From positions 5,088,001-5,152,000 of the forward strand of contig OY970067.1 in the NCBI GenBank assembly GCA_963705305.1: 64,000 nucleotides of DNA, in the 5' to 3' direction. The stretch's first letter is position 1. The number at the start of each line of letters is the position of its first letter. Of the stretch, positions 56,677 to 64,000 are shown one piece after another. Position numbers and translations under genes: made by a program. The notes under the pieces are model-generated. The model ran no database searches and had not been told where the DNA came from. It saw only the letters and a list, made by a program, of their open reading frames with translations. The DNA is from an uncultured Methylomirabilota bacterium (GTDB lineage: Bacteria > Methylomirabilota > Methylomirabilia > Methylomirabilales > 2-02-FULL-66-22).

Positions 56677-58848
56677 ATGGCAAGCGCGGCGGCGAATCGT
56701 GCCCTGCGGGGCGACATGCGGACCGTCTGGATCGGCAACGTCTGGCCGGAGCTGGACGGCGGACGGTTTCCCGTCAAGCGCGAGGTGGGCAACGTCCTGG
56801 AGGTGAGCGCCGATATCCTGCGGGAGGGCCACGAGGCGCTGGCCGCCGTGCTGAAGTACCGGGCGGTCAAGGATCCCGACTGGCGGGAGGTGCGCATGAC
56901 GCCGGCGGGGAACGATCGCTGGGTCGCGCGCTTCCCCCTGGAGGAGAACACCCGATACGCGTACACCATCCAGGCCTATCCCGACGCTTACCGGAGCTGG
57001 GCCGAGGACCTCAAGAAGCGGCTGGCGGCTGATATGGAGGTGACCAGCGAGCTCTTGGAGGGGGCGGAGCTTCTGCGCCGGACGCTGCCCCGGGCCCAGG
57101 GGGCGGACCGCAAGCGGCTGGAGGAGCGCCTGGCGGAGTTCGAGCGGTCCGAGACGTCGGCCGCCCGGGCCCGCATCCTGCTGGATGCGGAGACGGCCGA
57201 GCTGATGGAGCTGTACCCCGACCGCAGCGCCGCCACTTCGTACGACCGGGAGCTGGAGGTGGTGGCGGATCGGCCCTTGGCCCGGTTCGCCGCTTGGTAC
57301 GAGATGTTCCCCCGCTCGCAGGGAACGGTCCCCGGCCGCCACGGGACGTTCCAGGACTGCATCGCGCGCCTCCCCGCCATCGCGGCCATGGGCTTCGACG
57401 TGATCTATCTTCCCCCCATCCACCCCATCGGGAGGAGCTTCCGCAAGGGACGGAACAACAGCCTCTCGGCGGGCCCGGACGATCCCGGCTCGCCCTGGGC
57501 CATCGGCAACGAGCAGGGCGGGCACAAGGCCGTGGAGCCGTCCCTGGGCACCCTGGATGATTTCCGGGCTTTCGTCCGGGCGGCCCGCGAGTCGGGGATG
57601 GAGGTCGCGCTGGACTACGCCCTGCAGTGCTCGCCCGATCATCCCTACGTGCGCGAGCACCCCGAGTGGTTCTACGCCCGTCCCGACGGGACGATCAAGT
57701 ACGCCGAGAATCCTCCCAAGAAGTACCAGGACATCTATCCGCTCAATTTCTACTGCCGGGACCGGGAGGCGCTCTGGGAAGAGATGAAGAGCATCCTCCT
57801 GTTCTGGATCGAGCAGGGCGTGCGGATCTTCCGGGTGGACAATCCCCACACCAAGCCGATCTCCTTCTGGGCCTGGGTCATCGGCGAAATCAAGGCGGTC
57901 CACCCGGACGTGATCTTCCTGGCGGAGGCATTCACGCGCCCCAAGGTGATGCAGGCGCTGGCCAAGGTGGGGTTCACCCAGTCCTACACCTACTTCACCT
58001 GGCGGAACTTCAAGGCCGAGCTGATCGACTATTTCACCGAACTCACTCAGACGGCCGCCGCCGAGTTTTTCCGGGGGAACCTCTTCACCAACACCCCCGA
58101 CATCCTCCCGCCCATTCTCCAGCAGGGGGGACGCCCGGCCTTCAAGATGCGGCTCGTCCTGGCCGCCACGCTGTCCTCGGTCTACGGCATCTACAGCGGC
58201 TACGAGCTGTGCGAGAACGACGCCAACCCGGGGACGGAGGAGTACCTGAACGCGGAGAAGTACGAGATCAAGGTGCGCGACTGGCTGGCACCGGGCAACC
58301 TCGCCGACTACATCGCGCGGGTCAACCGCATCCGCCGGGAGAACCCCGCCCTGCACGAGTATCGGAACCTGCGCTTCTACGAGAGCGACGACGACAACAT
58401 CCTGTTCTACGGCAAGCGAAACTTCCACGGGACCAACGCCGTCCTGGTGGCGGTCAACCTGGATCCCTTCGAGAGTCACGAGGCCGCCATCCGCGTGCCG
58501 CTGGCGGAGCTGGGCATCCAACCCGACCAGCGCTACCAGGTGGAGGAGCTGTTGACCGGACGGCGGTACCTGTGGAAGGGGGCCGAGCAGTCGGTGCGGC
58601 TGGATCCGCGCCAGGAGCCGGCGGCGATCTTCCGCATCCACCCGTTCCCGCACCGGGATTACCCTAATCTCCGGCTAAGCGGTGGCCAGCCGGGCGATCT
58701 TGCGCCGCGCCCGGACGAGCAAGGCGTGCTGCAGGGCGCCCGAGAGCCGCAAGAGCGTCCGTCGGGCATGCGCGACGACCTTCCCGACGGTGTTGAACAG
58801 CAGGAACCGGAGACGCTTCGGCCGGGCGGTCCGGAGATCTCCGGGTAA
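56677..58848 (+). CDS. glgE: Alpha-1,4-glucan:maltose-1-phosphate maltosyltransferase; C-terminus altered by IS1380
   Basis: WYEMFPRS, KGRNN, QCSPDHP, ENPPKKYQDI, FRVDNPHTK, AEAFT, NTPDIL; native end GTPCF* displaced to 60188-60205. Confidence 0.93.
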   Translation: MASAAANRALRGDMRTVWIGNVWPELDGGRFPVKREVGNVLEVSADILREGHEALAAVLKYRAVKDPDWREVRMTPAGNDRWVARFPLEENTRYAYTIQAYPDAYRSWAEDLKKRLAADMEVTSELLEGAELLRRTLPRAQGADRKRLEERLAEFERSETSAARARILLDAETAELMELYPDRSAATSYDRELEVVADRPLARFAAWYEMFPRSQGTVPGRHGTFQDCIARLPAIAAMGFDVIYLPPIHPIGRSFRKGRNNSLSAGPDDPGSPWAIGNEQGGHKAVEPSLGTLDDFRAFVRAARESGMEVALDYALQCSPDHPYVREHPEWFYARPDGTIKYAENPPKKYQDIYPLNFYCRDREALWEEMKSILLFWIEQGVRIFRVDNPHTKPISFWAWVIGEIKAVHPDVIFLAEAFTRPKVMQALAKVGFTQSYTYFTWRNFKAELIDYFTELTQTAAAEFFRGNLFTNTPDILPPILQQGGRPAFKMRLVLAATLSSVYGIYSGYELCENDANPGTEEYLNAEKYEIKVRDWLAPGNLADYIARVNRIRRENPALHEYRNLRFYESDDDNILFYGKRNFHGTNAVLVAVNLDPFESHEAAIRVPLAELGIQPDQRYQVEELLTGRRYLWKGAEQSVRLDPRQEPAAIFRIHPFPHRDYPNLRLSGGQPGDLAPRPDEQGVLQGAREPQERPSGMRDDLPDGVEQQEPETLRPGGPEISG

Positions 58849-60181
58849 GGTCAACCGCTTGAGCGCGGTGAGCAGGTTGTAGGTGAGCACGTTCAGCCGG
58901 AACCAGGCGGCGTTCGCCCCGAACTTCCCACTGGGCAGCGCGGCGGCCGCCAGCTCGGTCTTGAGGACGTGATGGGTGTGCTCGATGGTCCCTGCTTTCT
59001 CCCGGTGCCACCGGAGGATCGTGAGCCCATCCTCCGGCCGATTGGTGACCACGGCGAAGTACTGCACGCTACTCCCGTCGGCGAAGAGGCTCCCCTGGCG
59101 TCGCTGGATACGCACCGCGAGGTAGCGGCGAACGCACGGCCGCGCCTTCCGGTGATCGCCATCCTCGGGGACGTAGGGGACTTCGGCCCAGGCCCGGATC
59201 GCCTCGGGCTCCTCCCGCTCGAGCTGCCAGGCGGCCGCGGGGAGGCGCCGGATCTCGGCCTGGAGCTGCGCGGACATATCGGCGCTAATCGCGTAGGCGA
59301 TTTTCTTCTCCTCGCACCAGCGGAGGACCTCCGTCTCGTAGAGGGCGCTGTCGGCCCGCAGGGAGATGCGGTCCACGCCCTGGGGCAAGTTGGCCACCGC
59401 CTGTTCGAGGACGCGCACGTTGCCGCACCCGGCGGGCACCTGGCCATCGCGGAACTGGTCGTGCACGATGACATCGTGCTCGGCCCAGAGGACCACGACG
59501 GGCTGGTAGCCCCGGGTCCCGTCGTAGGCCACGGTCGCCGCGTCCTTGTGGCTCTCGACGAGCGTCGCGTCCACATCCAGGGTGGCCGTCGCCGCCCGGG
59601 CCCCGCGCTGGACGCCCGCGACCAGCGTCCGGTTCGCCTGTCCGAGGCCCGCCAAGGGGGCGGACTCCAGGGGGACCGTGGCCGCGGGCCCGGCCACCCA
59701 GAGCGGCCCGTCCTCCACGTGGAAGGCCTCGAGGAAGTCCCGGACCGTGGTCGCGGCCGGCAGGGGGTAGCCGAGCAGCGTGGCCAGGGCCTGATCCTCC
59801 CGGAGCGTCGTGAGGTCCTGGCAGCGGTCCCCGCCGCTCGTCCACAACGCGACGAGACTCTCCACGAGCTGCGAGGGGGGTAATCCGCGCTGCCGCTGCT
59901 TGACCGCAACGTGGGTGTCGACGGCCTGGGCCACCCCGAGCTGGCGGAACAGCTCGATCACGAGCGGGACCCCGGCCCGGCCCGTGACCAGCGTGGGGTC
60001 GATCGCGTCATCGATCTCGAACGGCAACCGGGGCGAGGTGTCGGGCATCGCTCTCCTCCTTGTGGTGTTTGCACCCACTGGGTGAAACCAAGCAAGGCCG
60101 ATGCCAACCCCGCGGGCCGCGCGCACTGCGGGCCGCTGCGTGATTCGCGATCCCCCTCAACTTCTTAGCCGGAGATTAGGG
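58662..60181 (-). mobile_element. IS1380-family insertion sequence
   Basis: Perfect 18-bp IR CCCTAATCTCCGGCTAAG / CTTAGCCGGAGATTAGGG; flanking direct repeat GATTA (58657-58661, 60182-60186). Confidence 0.93.
58675..60048 (-). CDS. IS1380 family DDE transposase
   Basis: TLDVDAT, GYQP, LRADSA, R.KAGTIE...LK, FGANAAW; GGAGGAG RBS. Confidence 0.92.
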   Translation of the reverse strand: MPDTSPRLPFEIDDAIDPTLVTGRAGVPLVIELFRQLGVAQAVDTHVAVKQRQRGLPPSQLVESLVALWTSGGDRCQDLTTLREDQALATLLGYPLPAATTVRDFLEAFHVEDGPLWVAGPAATVPLESAPLAGLGQANRTLVAGVQRGARAATATLDVDATLVESHKDAATVAYDGTRGYQPVVVLWAEHDVIVHDQFRDGQVPAGCGNVRVLEQAVANLPQGVDRISLRADSALYETEVLRWCEEKKIAYAISADMSAQLQAEIRRLPAAAWQLEREEPEAIRAWAEVPYVPEDGDHRKARPCVRRYLAVRIQRRQGSLFADGSSVQYFAVVTNRPEDGLTILRWHREKAGTIEHTHHVLKTELAAAALPSGKFGANAAWFRLNVLTYNLLTALKRLTLPGDLRTARPKRLRFLLFNTVGKVVAHARRTLLRLSGALQHALLVRARRKIARLATA

Positions 60182-60262
60182 GATTACGGGACGCCGTGCT
60201 TTTGATGTATTAGACTATCAATGTGGACCGGTCCGGGAGAGCAGGGAGCACGCGAGACGCGT

Positions 60263-61933
60263 ATGGACAACCTCTGGTACAAGGACGCGGTCTTCTACGA
60301 GCTGCACGTGAAGGCGTTCCAGGACGGGAACGACGACGGCGTGGGGGATTTCCGCGGCCTCCTCCAGCGCCTGGACTACCTCCAGGACCTGGGGGTGGAC
60401 TGCCTCTGGCTGCTCCCGTTCTACCCCTCCCCGCTCCGCGACGACGGCTACGACATCTCCGACTTCACCCGGGTGTCGCCCCTCTTCGGGACGATGGAGG
60501 ACTTCCAGGCCTTCCTCGACGCGGCCCATCATCGGGGCCTGCGGGTCATCGCCGACCTGGTGGTCAACCACACCTCGGACCAGCACGCCTGGTTCCAGGA
60601 GGCCCGGCGGAGCCCCGACTCGCCCAAGCGGGATTACTACGTCTGGAGCCCCGACGACAAGAAGTACGGGGATGCCCGGATCATCTTCGTGGACACCGAG
60701 AAATCCAACTGGACCTGGGATCCGGAGGCGAAGGCCTACTACTGGCACCGCTTCTTCAGCCACCAGCCGGACCTCAACTACGATAACCCGGCGGTCCAGC
60801 AGGAGATGCTGGACGTCATGCGGTTCTGGATGGACAAGGGGCTGGACGGCTTTCGCTGCGACGCGGTCCCGTACCTGTTCGAGCGGGAGGGGACCAACTG
60901 CGAGAACCTCCCGGAGACCCACGCGTTCCTGAAGCGGCTGCGCGCCGCTCTGGAGTCCCAGTACCCGGGCCGCGTCCTGCTGGCCGAGGCCAATCAGTGG
61001 CCCAGCGACGTGCGGCCCTACTTCGGGGAGGGGGACGAGTTCCACATGGCCTTTCACTTCCCCGTGATGCCGCGGCTCTTCATGGCCGTGCGCAGCGCCG
61101 ACCGGCGGCCCATCACCGACATGTTCCTGCACACGCCTCCCATCCCCGCCACCTGCCAGTGGTGCCTGTTCCTCCGAAACCACGACGAGCTGACGCTGGA
61201 GATGTGCACCGGTCCGGAGCGGGATTTCATGTACTACGCCTACGCCCAGGATCCGCTGATGAAGCTGAACATCGGCATCCGGCGGCGGCTGGCCCCGCTC
61301 CTGGAGAGCGACCGCACCAAGACCCAGCTCCTGACCAGCCTCCTGTTCACCCTGCCGGGCACCCCCATCATCTACTACGGGGACGAGATCGGCATGGGGG
61401 ACAACATCCACCTGGGGGACCGGAGCGGCGTCCGGACGCCCATGCAATGGTCGGCGGATCGCAATGCCGGCTTCTCCCACGCCGACGCCGCGCAGCTCTA
61501 CAGCCCGGTCATCAGCGATCCGATCTACGGCTACCAGACGATCAACGTGGAGGCCCAGCTCGGGACCCCGTCCTCGCTCCTGCACTGGATGCGGCGGCTG
61601 ATCGCCGTTCGCAAGAGCTCCCGCGTGTTCGGCCGCGGAAGCCTGCGCTTCCTCGGTCCGGCCAACACCCGGGTCCTGGCCCACCTGCGCGAGCACGAGA
61701 GGGAGACGATCCTGGCCGTCCACAATCTGTCGAACTCGGCGGAGCCGGCGGAGCTGAACCTGGCCGAATTCCGCGGGGCGGTGCCGGTGGAGATGCTGGG
61801 AGGCGCCCGGTTCCCCACGATCGGTGAGACCCCCTATTTTCTGAGCCTGGGCCCGTACGGATTCTACTGGCTCCGGCTGCACCGGCCGGCGCCCCAGGCG
61901 GAGCGGTACGGGATCGAGACTTCCTCGATATGA
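60263..61933 (+). CDS. treS: Maltose alpha-D-glucosyltransferase (trehalose synthase)
   Basis: [60 protein letters not shown]. Confidence 0.95.
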   Translation: MDNLWYKDAVFYELHVKAFQDGNDDGVGDFRGLLQRLDYLQDLGVDCLWLLPFYPSPLRDDGYDISDFTRVSPLFGTMEDFQAFLDAAHHRGLRVIADLVVNHTSDQHAWFQEARRSPDSPKRDYYVWSPDDKKYGDARIIFVDTEKSNWTWDPEAKAYYWHRFFSHQPDLNYDNPAVQQEMLDVMRFWMDKGLDGFRCDAVPYLFEREGTNCENLPETHAFLKRLRAALESQYPGRVLLAEANQWPSDVRPYFGEGDEFHMAFHFPVMPRLFMAVRSADRRPITDMFLHTPPIPATCQWCLFLRNHDELTLEMCTGPERDFMYYAYAQDPLMKLNIGIRRRLAPLLESDRTKTQLLTSLLFTLPGTPIIYYGDEIGMGDNIHLGDRSGVRTPMQWSADRNAGFSHADAAQLYSPVISDPIYGYQTINVEAQLGTPSSLLHWMRRLIAVRKSSRVFGRGSLRFLGPANTRVLAHLREHERETILAVHNLSNSAEPAELNLAEFRGAVPVEMLGGARFPTIGETPYFLSLGPYGFYWLRLHRPAPQAERYGIETSSI

Positions 61934-61952
61934 AGAGGGAGTCCTTCTTCAT

Positions 61953-62099
61953 CAGGCTGCTCAAAAAGGCCCAGGTGCAAGGCGCCGTGCGATCCGAGGC
62001 GCGAGGCGTACTGTGCACGTACGTCGCAGCGCCGCGGGAGCGCGAGGGGCACCCGTCCGCAGGACGGGTCTCCGCAGATGGGACTTTTTCAGCAGCCTG
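61953..62099 (+). mobile_element. MITE-like element family 1, copy 5
   Basis: CAGGCTGCTCAAAAAGG ... CTTTTTCAGCAGCCTG. Confidence 0.8.
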
Positions 62100-62134
62100 G
62101 TAAGGCGGCGGGACGGCCGTCACGAGGACACCGT

Positions 62135-63394
62135 ATGAAAGCGCTGCTGCTGACCCGGGAGTATCCTCCAGACATCTACGGCGGGGCCGGGGTGCATGTG
62201 GATTACCTGTCGCGGGAGCTGGCCAAGCTGATTCGCGTGGAGGTCCGGACCTTCGGCGATCAGGATCTGTCGATCGGCGACCTCCGGATCCGGGGCTTTC
62301 GCGCGGCCGGGCAATCCGCGGGCTCGGAGGCCCCGGAGAAATTCGGGATGGCCCTGCGGGCCCTCCGGACCTGCGCGGGGTTCGCCGAGCAGGCGGTGGA
62401 CGCCGACGTGGTCCACTGCCACACCTGGTACGCCCACTTCGGCGGCGTGCTGGTCAAGATCCTGTACGGCATCCCCCTGGTGGTCACGGCCCATTCCCTG
62501 GAGCCGCTGCGCCCCTGGAAGCGGGAGCAGCTGGGTCGCGGCGCCGATCTCTCGGCCTGGATCGAGCGGACGGCCCTGGAGTCGGCCGACGCGGTGATCG
62601 CCGTCTCGCAAGAGATGCGCGAGGATATTCTGCGTCATTTCCGGGTGCCGGCCGACAGGGTGCACGTCATCCACAACGGCATCGACACCGCGGAGTACCG
62701 GCCGGTCGCCGGCCGCAGCCGCCTGGAGCGGTTCGGGATCGACCCGACGCGCCCGTACGTGCTGTTCGTCGGCCGCATCTCCCGCCAGAAAGGGATCCTC
62801 CATCTCGTCCGCGCCATCCCCCGGCTCCCGGCCGACACGCAGGTGGTCCTGTGCGCGGGGACGCCGGACACGCCGGACGTCGCCCGGGAGCTGGAGGGGG
62901 CGCTGGACCGCCTGGCGGCCGAGCGCACGGGGGTCCTGTGGATCCGCGAGATGGTGGACCGGCCGACGGCCATCGAGCTGTACTCCCACGCGGCCGTGTT
63001 CTGCTGCCCCTCCATCTACGAGCCCTTCGGGATCATCAACCTGGAGGCCATGGCCTGCGGAACGCCGGTCGTGGCCAGCGCCGTCGGCGGAATCAAGGAG
63101 GTCGTACTCCACGGGGAGACCGGCCTGCTGGTGCCCGTCACGCAAATGAGCGCCCCGCCCTTCGAGCCCGTCGATCCCGGCCGGTTTGCAGGCGACCTCG
63201 CCTCCGCCATCTCGGCCCTTCTGGCGGATGCGGACCTGCGGGGTCGCCTGGGACGCCAGGGACGCCGGCGGGCCGAGGAGCATTTCAGCTGGGCCGCCAT
63301 CGCCCGGCGGACCCGGGCGCTTTACGAAGAGGTGATAGCGGCGCCGGGCCGGGAGGAATCGAACCCGAGGTCTGAGAGGGGCGATGAGCCGTGA
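62135..63394 (+). CDS. glgA: GT4 glycogen synthase, actinobacterial GlgA/GlgM type (maltose-1-phosphate synthase-like)
   Basis: LTREYPP..YGGAGVHV, HCHTWY, HSLEPLRPWKREQLG, YEPFGIINLEAMAC. Confidence 0.88.
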   Translation: MKALLLTREYPPDIYGGAGVHVDYLSRELAKLIRVEVRTFGDQDLSIGDLRIRGFRAAGQSAGSEAPEKFGMALRALRTCAGFAEQAVDADVVHCHTWYAHFGGVLVKILYGIPLVVTAHSLEPLRPWKREQLGRGADLSAWIERTALESADAVIAVSQEMREDILRHFRVPADRVHVIHNGIDTAEYRPVAGRSRLERFGIDPTRPYVLFVGRISRQKGILHLVRAIPRLPADTQVVLCAGTPDTPDVARELEGALDRLAAERTGVLWIREMVDRPTAIELYSHAAVFCCPSIYEPFGIINLEAMACGTPVVASAVGGIKEVVLHGETGLLVPVTQMSAPPFEPVDPGRFAGDLASAISALLADADLRGRLGRQGRRRAEEHFSWAAIARRTRALYEEVIAAPGREESNPRSERGDEP

Positions 63395-63464
63395 CATTCG
63401 CGCCCCGGTACACGTGTACCCCCGGCAGGAGACCCTCCACCCGGCGGCAGGATAAGGGACGCTC

Positions 63465-64000
63465 ATGAGCACTCGAAAACGCACGCGAACCCCTCGGCCG
63501 GGCCCGCCGCGACCCGAGGCGCTGGCGGCCAAGGCGGCCGAAGGGCTTCCCGCCTTCCTGCCCGCCCAGCGCTGGTTCGGCAGCAAGGCCCGGACAATTG
63601 CCGATGCCACCCTGCTCGACTGGGCGGCTGTACCGGGAACGGCCGGTATCCTGGCGCTTTTCGAGGTCGCCTACACGAGCGGCATGCGGGACGTTCTATC
63701 TCGTCCCGGTCAAGCCCGGCGAAGCGGGCGCGCCCATCGCCGATGCCATGGAGGACCCCGCCTTCTGTATCGCGCTCACCGAGCAGATCCGCCAGGGCGG
63801 CATCCTGGCCGGGCAACTGGGGACCTTCCACGCCACTCCTACGGAGGCCTTCACCGAGATCCTGCCCAGTCGCCCGCAGGAGTGCACCCGAATCCGCGGC
63901 GAGCAGAGCAACACCTCCGTGACCTACGACGGGCGGGCCATCCTGAAACTGTTTCGGCGATTCGAGGTGGGGCTCAATCCTGACTTCGAGATCACCGACT
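63465..64000 (+). CDS. Maltokinase (Mak/Pep2-like), partial, with a frameshift near 63690
   Basis: QRWFGSKAR N-terminus; in the shifted frame GEQSNTSV, LKLFRR, GLNPDFEI. Confidence 0.82.

Overview
High-GC bacterial window. The gene content suggests a Methylomirabilota/Deltaproteobacteria-like organism, but that is inference only. From left to right: (1) partial trpS and an M50 protease; (2) an AraC/alcohol dehydrogenase/aldo-keto reductase/cupin block; (3) a ~17 kb accessory region (6.2-23.4 kb) in which cargo modules (sugar ABC + UroD-like protein; small basic protein + CPBP protease; TRAP + TatD + Fe-ADH + GntR; then Fic) are separated by same-orientation 128-bp elements with GGGGAC..TGCA / TGCA..GTCCCC ends; (4) further transporters, a DnaJ-domain protein and a DHH-CBS tRNA nucleotidyltransferase; (5) a ~24 kb glycogen/trehalose (GlgE pathway) cluster with a candidate sigma54 promoter, duplicated kinase/receiver/DksA-like genes and an IS1380 in the last codons of glgE. 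Best result: an IS110-family element (12681-14344) sits inside one 128-bp element. Its ends, GT core, circle-junction promoter (TTGACA-17-TAGTAT) and a putative bridge RNA in its 3' end, with all four guide segments, can be read from the sequence. The target guide matches the ends of the 128-bp elements. Several single-base frameshifts may be assembly errors.
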